From NCBI RefSeq assembly GCF_018977255.1, contig NW_024704743.1, positions 72,542,001 to 72,606,000 on the forward strand: a stretch of 64,000 nucleotides of DNA, read 5' to 3'. Within the stretch, counting starts at the first letter, position 1. Every line of letters starts with the position of its first letter. The notes beneath the pieces are model-generated. The model was not told the origin of the DNA and did no database searches. It saw only the letters and a program-made list of their open reading frames with translations. Below, piece after piece: positions 12,332-23,062 of the stretch. Made by a program: the position numbers and the translations under genes. This stretch comes from Callorhinchus milii. Lineage: Eukaryota.

Positions 12332-13143
12332 TCTCAGTTCGTTTTTGACTTGATTCTTTTGCTTAAGACGTACATAGAACTGGGAGATTTTAACGTGCGT
12401 GGCCAGTCAATTAAAAAGAAATCGGTATAATCGTATTCGATGCCAGTCGTGCCGGATTGTAACCCGAGTACATTGACACCCCAAGTACCCAGAGTTAAAC
12501 TCAGTATAGGGTAAACTCATTACTTACTGATCCATTCCCCTGCCCTTAAGATTCTTTTAATTCTAAAGGATCACGATGCTAACCTGACTGGCATTAGGAC
12601 ACAAGGGAATGCTCTCATTCCAGGGTCAGACTAATTGTCCCAGTGCCTCCAGGTCCAATTTATGTCTCGAAAGGTTCAGCATTCAGACATGCGAGTTGGC
12701 ACAGCAAGAGGATCAGCTTTCAAGTCTGACTCACTTGCAGTTCATGTTCCGTGTGTGACTACGAGTTATTACAATCTCCCCCTCAAAAACCCCAACCCCA
12801 ACCCCCCTCCAGGCACTGAAACAACCAGTGTCTCCCCCCCACCCACACACAGCCCCCCCACCCCCACCCATCACTCCTCCAAAACAAAACAAAACAAAAC
12901 TCCACAGAATTGGGGAAACAGAAACACCTTCGGGAGGTGATTTTTTTTTTAAATACAAATATATATAATAATTACAAAAAAAAATCTTACAGACGCTATG
13001 TACAACATACAGTATCTCAAATATAGTCTTGTCACATCTTAAAAGTCTGTGTGGCTGGGCTGGGCTGGGCTGGGCTGCAGTCTGGGGGTGCTGTGGGGGC
13101 TGGTTTACTGGCTGGGGTGAGGGTGGGTCTCTGTGGGGGTCTC

Positions 13144-14859
13144 TCACACTGTGGTCTCACCGTGATTAGTGTTTCTGAGTTGGGTGTAGAACTTGCGCCA
13201 CGAGTGCAGAGTCTTACCGGACCAGATCCAGAAGCCGGAGGTGATGCCCACTATGAGTGTCATGAGATATTTGATCATGTAGACGGTGAAGTCGGGTGTC
13301 ATGTGGGGGTGGCGGCTGTAGGGACAGGGGATGGCGTACGTCTTGCAGGTCTGGGTGATCCAGCTTTTCTCCCACTGTTCCCGGAAGGCTTGCTCGTAAA
13401 AGTAGCAGGCGATCACGATGGTGGCCGGCACCGTGTACAGGACGCTGAAGATCCCGATCCGCACCATCAGCTTCTCCAGCTTCTCGGTCTTGGTGCCGTC
13501 GTGCTTCATGATGGTCCTGATGCGGAACAGGGACACGAAGCCCGCCAGCAGGAACGAGGTGCCGATGAACAGGTACACGAAGAGCGGGGCCAGCACGAAG
13601 CCCCGCAGCGCGTCCACGTTGTTCAGCCCCACGAAGCACACGCCGCTCAGGACATCTCCGTCCACCTGCCCCACGGCCAGGATGGTGATGGTCTTGATGG
13701 CCGGCACGGCCCAGGCCGCCAGGTGGAAATACTGCGAGTTGGCCTCGATGGCTTCGTGACCCCACTTCATCCCGGCCGCCAGGAACCAGGTCAGCGACAG
13801 GATGACCCACCAGATGGAGCTGGCCATGCTGAAGAAGTACAGCATCATGAAGAGGATGGTGCAGCCTTCCTTCTTGGTGCCCTGGGCCACCGTCCGGTAA
13901 CCGTCTTCGGCGAACTTCTCGTTGCAGACCACCTTGTCCTCCAGCAGGAAGCCCGCGATGTAAGCGATGGCCACCATGGTGTAGCAGCCCGACAGGAAGA
14001 TGATGGGCCGCTCGGGGTAGCTGAACCGCTGCATGTCCACCAGGTAGGTCAGCACCGTGAACAGGGTGGAGGCGCAGCACAGCACCGACCAGATCCCGAT
14101 CCAGATCCTGGAGAACCTCAGCTCCTCCTGAGAGAAGTACATGAGCCCGTTGGAGCGGACGGGCTCGCAGGGCGCCCCGCAGTGCTTCTCTCCCAGGAAG
14201 TGGTAGTTGAGGTACGGGGGCACCTTCAGGACCTGCGGGCAGGCGAACTGCTCCTTCCTCTGGTACCTGTTGTTGTTGTGGTTGTTGGGGTAGTGGGTGT
14301 CGGTCTCGGGGGAGGACTGGGGGGGGTGCAGGGTCGGGCTGCCTTTGTCGGTGATGTTCTGGCCCACGCACAGGTCGTTAGACCCGTGCACCGGGAAGTT
14401 CTCGCAGCGCAGGCTCTCGGGCCACTGGAAGCCGAATTTGTTCATGAGCGCCTCGCAGCCCTGCCTGGCCTGCTCACACAGGGACCGGCACGGGGGGATG
14501 GCCTGCTCCAGCACCGTGCACACCGGGGCGTACATGGAGCACAGGAAAAACTTCAGCTCGGGCGAGCACTGCACTTTCACCAGAGGGTAGAACTGATGCA
14601 CCTCCAGGCCGGCGTCCTCCTGGTTGGTGTGCCCCAGCAGGTTGGGCATGATGGTCTGGTTGTAGGCGATGTCCGTGCACAGAGGGATCGAGATGGGTTG
14701 GCAGAAGCCGTGACCCGGGATCGAGATGCCCCTCTCGCCGTTGTACGGTCCCTGAGGCCGAACCGATCCCAACCCCAAGAGAAACAGCTGCAGGAAGACG
14801 AGCCATCGAGCGCTCGCAAGTTTGCACACATCCAGATGGAAGCAATTACACACAGCCAT
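13144..14859 (-). CDS. FZD1: Frizzled-1, Wnt receptor (class F 7-TM), single coding exon, 571 aa
   Basis: ATG in strong Kozak context (AGTATGG), hydrophobic signal peptide, cysteine-rich domain ([25 protein letters not shown]...), seven TM segments, KTxxxW motif (KTLHSW), C-terminal PDZ ligand [53 protein letters not shown] and ETTV fit FZD1 better than FZD2 or FZD7. Confidence 0.96.
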   Translation of the reverse strand: MAVCNCFHLDVCKLASARWLVFLQLFLLGLGSVRPQGPYNGERGISIPGHGFCQPISIPLCTDIAYNQTIMPNLLGHTNQEDAGLEVHQFYPLVKVQCSPELKFFLCSMYAPVCTVLEQAIPPCRSLCEQARQGCEALMNKFGFQWPESLRCENFPVHGSNDLCVGQNITDKGSPTLHPPQSSPETDTHYPNNHNNNRYQRKEQFACPQVLKVPPYLNYHFLGEKHCGAPCEPVRSNGLMYFSQEELRFSRIWIGIWSVLCCASTLFTVLTYLVDMQRFSYPERPIIFLSGCYTMVAIAYIAGFLLEDKVVCNEKFAEDGYRTVAQGTKKEGCTILFMMLYFFSMASSIWWVILSLTWFLAAGMKWGHEAIEANSQYFHLAAWAVPAIKTITILAVGQVDGDVLSGVCFVGLNNVDALRGFVLAPLFVYLFIGTSFLLAGFVSLFRIRTIMKHDGTKTEKLEKLMVRIGIFSVLYTVPATIVIACYFYEQAFREQWEKSWITQTCKTYAIPCPYSRHPHMTPDFTVYMIKYLMTLIVGITSGFWIWSGKTLHSWRKFYTQLRNTNHGETTV

Positions 14860-14906
14860 ACTCCCCCTTTTTTTTTCCTCTCTCGCCTCCTCCTGGCTCT
14901 TTCCTT

Positions 14907-14945
14907 TCTTCTTCTTCTTCTTCTTCTTCTTCTTCTTCTCCTTCT
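14907..14945. repeat. (CTT)n/(GAA)n microsatellite in FZD1 5' leader
   Basis: Direct reading of tandem CTT units. Confidence 0.95.
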
Positions 14946-15043
14946 CTGTTGTTGTTCAAAAAAAAACTTACTTGACTTTGATGGAAAAGGGGAAGGGAGG
15001 GGGGGGGGGGGGAGAGAGGGGGGTGAGGTGGGGGGGAGACCCG

Positions 15044-15371
15044 TCTCTCTCTCTCTCACTCACTCACTCACTCACACACTCTCTTTTTCTCTCTTCTCTC
15101 ACACTCTCTCTCTCTCTCACACTCTCTCTCTCTCTCACACACACTCACACACTCTCTCTCTCACGCACACTCTCTCTCACACACTCACACACTCTTTCAC
15201 ACACTCACTCTCTCTCTCACACTCTCTCTCACACACTCTCTCTCACACATTCACTCTCTCTCACACTCTCTCTCTCTCTCTCACACTCTCACTCTCTCAC
15301 ACTCTCTCTCTCACACTCTCTCTCTCACACACTCACTCTATCTCTCTCACACTCTCTCTCTCTCTCTCTCT
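15044..15371. repeat. Compound (CT)n/(CA)n microsatellite, about 330 bp
   Basis: Direct reading. Confidence 0.95.
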
Positions 15372-15410
15372 AAGACATTAACACAGAAGTTAGTTCTTCA
15401 AGACTTACTG

Positions 15411-15502
15411 GAAGAGGAGGGGAGGAGGGAGGATGGAGGGAGGGAGGATGGAGGGAGGGAGGGAGGATGGAGGGAGGGAGAGAGGGAGGAGAGAGGGAGA
15501 GG
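15411..15502. repeat. Polypurine (GGAG/GGAT)n tract
   Basis: Direct reading. Confidence 0.9.
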
Positions 15503-15559
15503 ATTAGAAAATAAAACACATACGTTTGGATTTCTCTTGTTCCCCCCAAATAAAACCAG

Positions 15560-16030
15560 TTTGTTCGCGAGCAGATCCCGATGCCAATGTGGGACAGGAG
15601 GAGAGAGTCACAACTCCGGCGGCGGCGGCGCGGCTCCGACTCCGCGACTGTCCATCCGTGTCACTCCGGCAGAGCCCCCGCCGCTGTTTCAAGGAGCCCC
15701 TCTTCCTCCGGTCTGTGGCAGTGAGAGCTCGGCGCGCGGGGCGGGGATCCTCGACACCGCCCGGCGGGGGGGGGGGGGGGGGGGGGGGGCGGGGCTCCTC
15801 CGCACTCTCCGCGTCGCTCTGCCGACTCGAACCAATCCGGGGCCGAGCTGGAGCTCCGGGTGCGCGGCGATTGGCTGGGAGCGGCCCCAGTGTGTCGGTG
15901 GGTGTGCCGGCCCGCGGGCCGGGCTCCGGCCGGTGGGCAGCAGACCGGCCCGCGGTGTGGTGTGGTGTGGTGGTGGTGTGGGGACGGGTTGGCTGACCGG
16001 CGCTCTTGCTCCCCGGGCCCTGAGGGTGAA
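15560..16030 (-). promoter_or_regulatory. CpG-island promoter of FZD1 with CCAAT and GC boxes
   Basis: Very high GC/CpG density, CCAAT at 15832-15836, ATTGG at 15870-15874, GGGCGGGG boxes, G24 run at 15766-15789, immediately upstream of the FZD1 leader. Confidence 0.75.
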
Positions 16031-16387
16031 GGTACTGATCGCACAGGCATTGACCTCTCCGCCCCCTTCCTTCCACACTCCCATCTTCCTCCTCCCCCCA
16101 ACTTTAGTTGAGTGGGGGGTAGAGGAGCTGAGACCCTCCAGCAAGGCGGGGGGGGGGGGGGGTTGATGTTTGGTCAATATCCACACACACACACTCACAC
16201 CAGCGGCTTGGACCTCGCAGGGGAGTGGGTGTCTCTGGGGATATGCAATTGCATACTCCCTGGATGGTGGTTTGCCTGAGATGCTCTGGATGTGGGGTTG
16301 GGGGGGAGGGGGGGAGGGGGGGAGTAAGGAATGGGGCGGTTAAGACGCGCGAGTTTTCTGGTCGGTGTTTCGAGGCGATTAAAGATT

Positions 16388-16703
16388 TAATAATAATCCT
16401 TCCATTTGATATAGCGCTTTTCACGTCGGGAGGACGTCCCAAAGCGCTTCACAGAACACACTGTAAAGTGAGTTGACTGTATATTTGTGGGCGAACGCGG
16501 CAGCCAATTGCGCACAGCAATGTCCCACAAACAGTCGTAGATTGAAAATGACCAATTTATTATTGTTTTTGGTTTTGGAGGGATTATTATTAGGCTCTGT
16601 GTGGAGTAAGGAAACTTGCCCAAGGTTTCGCCCTCTGCCTGGAATTGAACTCAGGTCTCTCACTTGCAAAGCGAGTGCTCTAACCACTGAGCTACAGGAC
16701 TAC
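16388..16703 (-). mobile_element. Young tRNA-Ala-derived SINE, short subfamily, full length
   Basis: Pol III A box (TAGCTCAGTGG), anticodon arm CTCGC-TTTGCAA-G(C/T)GAG, B box (GTTCAATTCC), L2-like tail, (TTA)n. Confidence 0.92.
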
Positions 16704-17045
16704 ACAGTTTTGCGGTTGCACAGGAAACTGCGGAAGAGGGAGACGCGTCTCTGGATCGAGGAAACGGATCGGGGATTTTCAAGGAGGGTTTGCAACACAA
16801 AATCACGGTCCAAATCAAATGCAAGGGTTATTTTGCTTTTAGAGTGCAAAGGTGGAGGGTTCAGAGAGACTGGATCCCTGTTGGGCATTTGGAGAGGTTT
16901 TGTCTTAAATATATAAAAAATAAGAGTTCAAGCTCAGATCGGAGTTTCTTGGAAAGGGTTGTTTCAAAGCTGCAAGAATTTGTGAGATCGGCAGGAACTC
17001 TTTTCCAGCCACACTTCAGCGGACGCCATGCTCTCCTAAGCTTCT

Positions 17046-17372
17046 GGAGTCCTGTAGCTCAGTGGTTAGAGCACTCGCTTTGCAAGCGAGATACCCGAGT
17101 TCAATTCCAGGCAGAGGGCGAAACCTTGGGCAAGTTTCCTAACTCCACACACCTGATAATAATCCCTCCAAAACCAAAAACACTAATAAATTGGTCATTT
17201 TCAATCTACGACCATTTGTGGGACATTGCTGTGCGCAATTGGCTGCCGCGTTCGCCCACAAATATACAGTCGATTAACTTTACAGTGTGTTCTATGAAGC
17301 ACTTTGGGACGTTCTCCCGACGTGAAAAGCGCTATATCAAATGCAAGGATTATTATTTTTATTATTATTATT
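17046..17372 (+). mobile_element. Young tRNA-Ala-derived SINE, short subfamily, full length
   Basis: GGAGTCCTGTAGCTCAGTGGTTAGAGCACTCGCTTTGCAAGCGAG head through GGATTATTATT tail. Confidence 0.92.
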
Positions 17373-18244
17373 CTGCAGCGCCAAACCTGTGCTGTGAGAG
17401 AAGGAAAGAAAATTGCTGTGCAAACTTGTACATTTGCTCAGATCCTTTCAACCAGAGATTTGTCAGTAATTCGGAACAACTGCGAGAAGACGGTTACTTA
17501 AAAGTTACTGCCTGGTTTATTGCAGTTTTTTTTTGAACTCAACATCAAAATACAATAAGAGGTTATTACTTGCACTGATTTTTTTTTAAAAAATCTTGGC
17601 ACAGCCTTCGATGACATGTTAATACTCCAGTGCTTTAAATTGCTGGTGAATGTGGAAAGGCAGGTCCTTGTTGATTTCCTAAATGTGACGCCAATCGCCC
17701 CGGAGCTGAGTTGCATTTCAAAAGTTAGTTAGATATATGACCCAAAGTCACCAAAGCAATGCATCGAAATAAATCGCGGATCATTTCACATATAAAAGTA
17801 ATTCGTTTCTATTACACTTTGATTTCAACTGCTATAAATTGCAACGACATGGTTGACCACTGCATAGATTCCCTGGGGCTCACATGTTTAATCTCCTCTT
17901 CACCAACACACATTCATTAACGTTTTATCAATTGAAGATCCTACAGAGAACGTTTGGCAAACTGCTGTAACTTTTGATTTACTATGGCTGGATAGTGGAT
18001 CATTTTGTCTGGTTTTGTCCGAATCAATAACACCGATTATCAGCTTTTGTCTCAAAAACGCCTTGAAGAGAATCCGCGAGAGTCACTTGGATTGGCAGCA
18101 CTTTTGAAGCCCTCTGTCAGGCAAGAAAGTGTGCCAGCAACTTTGTTCATTGGCTTTAAATAAGGCAGGATGTCAGCCAAGCTCAGTTCATGACAATCCC
18201 TCCTTCAAGTTAGAGGCCTCATGTGGAGACTTCCTGTGTGCTGT

Positions 18245-19790
18245 TAATAACAACAACAACAATAAAATATTACATTTGTAAAGCGCCCTTCACGTCGGGA
18301 GGACGTCCCAAAGCACTGGACAGTCAGTGTTTCAGACCCGACCTGCGGGTTGGGATTGGGGAGGGTGGAGGGCGGGGGGGGGGGAAGCAGGGATATCGAA
18401 AGCACGGTCGAAGGGGAGGGTCTTGAGAGGGTTCCAGAGGGTGGAGGCAGAGTGACAGAAGGCCCGCCTGCCAATGGTGGGCCGGGCGAGGTGGGGGACA
18501 TGAAGCAAGCTGGAGCCCGCTGAGTGGAAGGAGCGTCAGGATGGTAGGGAATTAGGAGATCGCAGAGGTAGGGGGGAGCAAGGCCATGGAGGGCTTTGAA
18601 GGTGAGGACCAGGATCTTGAACTGTATCCTCTGTGTGATGGGAAGCCAGTGGAGTTGGGCGAGGATGGGGGCGATAGGGTCACGGAGCCTGGTGCGGGAG
18701 ATGAAAAGGGCTGCAGAGTTCTGGATGATCTGCAGCTTATGGAGGGAGGAGTTGGGGAAGCCGACAAGCGGGGAGTTTGCATAGTCAAGCCTCGATGTTA
18801 TGAAAGCACGTATGAGGGTTTTGGCAGCCTGTGGTGTGAGACAGTGGTCCGGAACTGGGTAATGTTGCGGAGGTGGGGGAAGGCAGAGCGGGTAATGGCA
18901 CGGATATGGGGTAGAAAGGATAGTTGAGGATCAAACAAGATGCTAAGGTCCCAGACTGGCTTAGAAAGGTGGAGTGTGTAACCATAGATGGTGATGCTAT
19001 CAGTGCCTGAGGTGTGGAGGTGCTGACGGAGCCAATCAGGAGAGCCTCGGTCTGAAGAAAGTTAGCTCTCATCCAGAACTTGATGTCTGACAGACATTCT
19101 GTCAGGACAGCAGTGGTTCTGGAGTCAAGGGTGGAGGCAGAGCTGTATAGTTGGGTGTTATCCGCATACATGTGGAAGTTGACCCCATGTCTGTGAATTA
19201 TGTCACCAAGAGGGAGCATATAGATGTTGAAGAGAAGGGGAGCAAGGACAGAGCCCTGAGGAATACCGCACAAGATGGTGGAAGGGCTAGAAGAGAAGCC
19301 ATTTGTGGGATATGAAGTGGAGGTGGTTTGAGAGGTACGATCTGAACCATTCAAGGGCAGAACCAATAAGGTTGAGGTGAGAGGAGAGGCAGTGGATGAG
19401 GATAGAGTGATCAATGGTGTCAAAGGTAGCAGAGAGGTCAAGGAGGACGAGGAGCCAGAGGGAGCCCTGGTTGCAGATGGACAGAATGTCATTTGTCACT
19501 TTGACCAGGGCGGTTTCTGTGTTGTGGGTGGCATGGAAACCAGATTGAAGGGGTTCATGAAGGGAGTGGCGAGAGGAAGGAGCGAAGCTGGGATGCAACG
19601 ACTCATTCCAGGACCTTGGAGAAGTAAGGGAAGTTGGAGATGGGGCGGTAGTTTGAGAGGAGGAATGGGTCCCGGGAGTTTTTTAAGGATAGGAGTGATG
19701 ATGACTGTTTTTAAAGGGTTGGGAACGGCATCAGTGGAAAGGGAGAGGTTTGTAATGTCTGTGAGCAGAGGGGCAAGGAGGTCTGCACTC
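18245..19790 (-). mobile_element. L2 LINE, degenerate RT region plus 3' end
   Basis: Minus-strand ORFs with QSGFHATHNTETALVKVTNDIL, LLDLSATFDTIDH, GIPQGSVLAPLLFNIYM, HMYADNTQLY; frameshifted; (CAA)n tail at 18245. Confidence 0.92.
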
Positions 19791-20138
19791 CTCAGTTGTA
19801 ACTGTGCCCTGCAAAGGGCAGCAGAACCCCGAGGCGGGGAAGCCTTGGTACCTCTACCAAAGTGGAATGCAAGGAGGCAACCCCCCCACCCCTCCCCCAC
19901 CGCCGCCATAAGGGGCCGAGTCTATTGAGTCCTATAATAGGAAACACCGAGTTGCATCTCTTTTGCTATGATGGGATTTGATTCTTTCTGAGATAAGTGC
20001 AAATATATATCTACCATTAAATAAATATTTTGTAAAAAAAAATGTGGCTTTGAGTTTATAATCAAACTGACACGCCAATAAAGTCCTGGAGGGAGCAGTG
20101 CATTGTTGGAGCTATCATCCTTCAGATGAGATGTTAAA

Positions 20139-22646
20139 CCAACAACAATATCAACAACAACAACACAAGATTACATTTGTATAGCGCCTTTCACGTCGGG
20201 AGGACGTCCCAAGGCATTGGGCAGAGTACAGCATTTCAGACCCGAGATGAGATTGGGGGAGGGGGGGGGGGGTAAGGGAGGGGAGGGAAAGGGGGGTGGC
20301 CGATGGCATGGTTGAAGAGGACGGTCTTGAGGTGGGACTTGAAGGAGACTAAGGAGGGGGCAAAACGGAATGACTGTGGGATGGAATTCCAGAGGTTGGA
20401 GGCAGAGTGGATGAAGGCTCTCCCACCAATGGTGGGGCAGGTGGGTCGGGGGACGTGGAGCAGCCAGAGCCGGCTGAGCGGAGGGAACGGGCGGGTTGGT
20501 AGGGGGTTAGAAGGACGCAGAGGTAGGGTGAGGCGAGGTCATGGAGGGCTTTGTATGTGAGGATCAGGATCTTGAACTGGATCCTCTGAAGGATAGGGAG
20601 CCAGTGGAGTCGGGGAGGTGGGGTCACGGAGTTTGGTGCGGGAGAGGACATGGGCTGCAGAGTTCTGGATTATCTGCAGCCTGTGGAGGGGGGAGTTGGG
20701 AAGGCTGACAAGCAGGGCATTTGCATAGTCGAGCCTGGAGGTGATGAAGGCATGAACAAGAGTTTCAGCGGCCTGAGGGGTGAGGTAGTGGCGGAGTTGG
20801 ATGATGTTACGGAGGTGAGGGAAGGCAGAGCGGGTCATGGCTTGAATGTGGGGGAGAAGACAGTTGAGGGTCGAACAAGACACCAAGGTTCCTGACTGGC
20901 TTGGTGAGTTGTAGTGTGCAACCATGGAGGTTGATGCTGTCAGAGCCTGAGATACAGAGGCGCTGGCGCAAGCCAATCAGGAGGGCCTCAGTCTTGTTCA
21001 CATTCACATTCAATTGTAGGACATGATGTCCGACAGGCAGTCCGTCAGGACAGTAGTGGTCCTGGAATTGAGGGTGAAGGCAGAAAGATAGAGTTGGGTG
21101 TCATCCGCATACATATGGAAGTTGACCCCATGTCTGCGGATGATGTCACCAAGGGGGAGCATGTAGATATTAAAGAGGAGAGGGCCAAGGACAGAGTCCT
21201 GGGGGACATCAGATGTGACAGTGCGGGGGCTGGAGGAGAAACCGTGAGAGGTAACAAAGTGGAGACGGTGAGAGAGATAGGAATCGAACCAGGCAAGGGC
21301 AGGTCCGTGAAGATTGAGTAAAGCGGAGAGGCGGTGTATGAGGATGGAGTGGTCGACGGTGTTGAAGGCGGTAGAGAGGTCGAGGAGGACAAGGAGGCAG
21401 AGGGAGCCCTGATCACAGATGTTCAGAATGTCATTAGTGACTTTGACCAGGGCTGTTTCCGTGCTGTGGGCAGCGCGGAAGCCACATTGGAGGGGTTCAA
21501 AGAGGGAATGGAAAGAAAGAAAGGAGCGGAGCTGGGATGCGACGACTCATTCCAGGACTTGGAGAGGAATGGGAGATTAGAGATGGGGCAGTAGCTGGAG
21601 AGGAGGGATGGATCCAGGGAAGCTTTTTTCAGGATGGGGGTGATGACAGCTGTTTTTAGGGAGGTGGGAACTGAACCGGTGGACAGGGAGAGGTTGATGA
21701 CATCAGACAGGATGGGGGGCCAGAAGGTGGAGCTGGGAGAAGGGGGGGATAGGTGGGGGTGGGTCATGAAGGAGAGGTGATGTGGGGGTGGCTGTGGACG
21801 GGGCTGAAGTGGCTGAACGTAACTCCTTGATTTTAGATTCGAGGAAATGGCTGGTGTACCAGGGGGATTTACGGGAGTACGAGGCAGTTCAGGAGGTGAG
21901 GGGGGCAAGGGAGTCCAGAATGGAGGAGAGGGAGTTGTGGAGAAAGGAGAGTGAGGAGGGGAGATCGGTCAGTGAGGGCCAGAGATGTAGGAGTTCAGAT
22001 GACTCCAGGGCAGTGGAAAGGGAGAGGGAGGAATTTTTTTTCCATGGATGGCATGTAATGGTGAAGGGTTGGGAAGGGGGAAGGGGGACTGAGTGAAGTG
22101 GTGGTCCGAGGTGGCTTTATCGACGATGGTGTTGTCCGAAACAGTGAGGCACCGGGTGATCACCAGGTCAAGGGGTGGCCACGGACGTGGGTGGGGGAGT
22201 GGATGAGGAGGGAGCGTTTGAGAGAAGAGTGGAGGGAGGAGAAGTCAGCAGAGGTAGAACAGAGGTGGTGAAGTGGAGATTGAAGTCACCTAAGATAAAG
22301 AGGCGTTCAGAGCAGAGGGAGAAGGAACATAGGAGGGTGGAGATGTCCGAGAGGAAGTTGGGAGAAGGCTTGGGGAGACGGTAAACAAGGAGGATTTTTG
22401 AAGGAAAGCCTGGAGGGGTGGTAGAGGGTAAGGTGGGGAAGGTTCCGGAGGAGTAAGGGGAAAGGCCGGGGGGGACCGGGAGATGAGAGCCGCACCACCG
22501 CCACGGCGATTAAGCCTCGGGGTTTGGTGAAAGCTGTAACCTGGAGGTGTGACCTCAACTAGTGGGAAGATGTCACCTGGGGTGACCCAGGTTTCGGTGA
22601 GGGTGAGGATGTAGATATTTTCCTCGACGATGAGGTCATGGATTGT
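20139..22646 (-). mobile_element. L2 LINE spanning endonuclease to 3' tail, with internal deletions
   Basis: APE-like IHDLIVEENIYILTLTETW near 22.6 kb, KTAVITPILKK..YCPISNLPFLSK, YADD codons near 21100, HAFITSRLDYAN, tail hairpin and (CAA)n. Confidence 0.92.
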
Positions 22647-22790
22647 GAGAGGAAGTGAATTAACATTTCAGTTCAATGACCTATTGTCAGAACTCTGATG
22701 AAAGGTCATCGACCTGAAACGTTAACTCACTTTCCTCTCCATAGATGCTGCCTGACATGTTGAGGGTTCCCAGCAAGTTCTGCTTTTATA
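22647..22790. mobile_element. Penelope-like terminal-repeat derivative forming an imperfect palindrome with hammerhead-like cores
   Basis: About 45-bp inverted arms (22647-22692 / 22695-22739); CTGATGA-A-AGGTC-ATC-GACCT-GAAACGTT; followed by AGATGCTGCCTGAC..CCAGCA..TTCTGCTTTTAT, which I recognise from chondrichthyan PLE-derived repeats. Confidence 0.65.
22695..22724 (+). ncRNA. Minimal type I hammerhead ribozyme motif (probably decayed: stem I is disrupted)
   Basis: Conserved cores CUGAUGA and GAAA, 5-bp stem II, palindromic ACGU stem III. Confidence 0.5.
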
Positions 22791-22791
22791 T

Positions 22792-23062
22792 AGAGATAGG
22801 ACAGTCGTTTGAGCAGTGGGGGTGACAGTGAATGGGCTTTTTAAGAAAGTTAGTGATTATAACAGTTTCTGAAATGAGTGGACAGTTCCTGAGATAAGGA
22901 GAGGTTGACAGTAGTGATAAGCAAGGGGCCAAGAAGGGAAACTTGAATTATAAAAAGCTGGGTTGGCAGAAGGTCAAGAGAACAATTTGTTGATTTCTTA
23001 GAAGACTCGGATGAGAACTTGGGGGAGAGGCGGCAGTGAAACTGCAGAGGGCAGGGTGGTAG
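22792..23062 (-). mobile_element. L2 LINE internal ORF2 fragment
   Basis: STNCSLDLLPTQL...VNLSLS followed by a degenerate TPLLKK..NYRPIS-like region. Confidence 0.7.

Noticed and set aside
12790..12807. (CCCCAA)n telomere-like repeat
   Set aside because: Only two to three units and not the vertebrate TTAGGG; kept only as a G4 candidate
13051..15381. 776-aa plus-strand ORF and other ORFs overlapping FZD1
   Set aside because: Codon-aligned antisense shadow of a GC3-rich gene that runs on into microsatellites; non-ATG start; no recognisable domain
14965..15410. GTAAGT donor-like sites on the minus strand at about 14967-14972 and 15403-15408, suggesting a 5' UTR intron
   Set aside because: No polypyrimidine/AG acceptor on the minus strand before the ATG; FZD1-type genes are normally intronless
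15504..16198. Several 150-200 aa ORFs in the CpG island
   Set aside because: Stop-codon depletion from high GC and low complexity; no protein features
16387..16687. Recurrent peptide [28 protein letters not shown] in many ORFs
   Set aside because: Translation of the repeated SINE, not a gene family
17046..17120. tRNA-Ala-like sequences (also at 16.7, 25.4, 26.8, 35.0, 44.2, 44.8, 54.4 and 58.6 kb)
   Set aside because: SINE heads: no complete acceptor stem, and always followed by the SINE body
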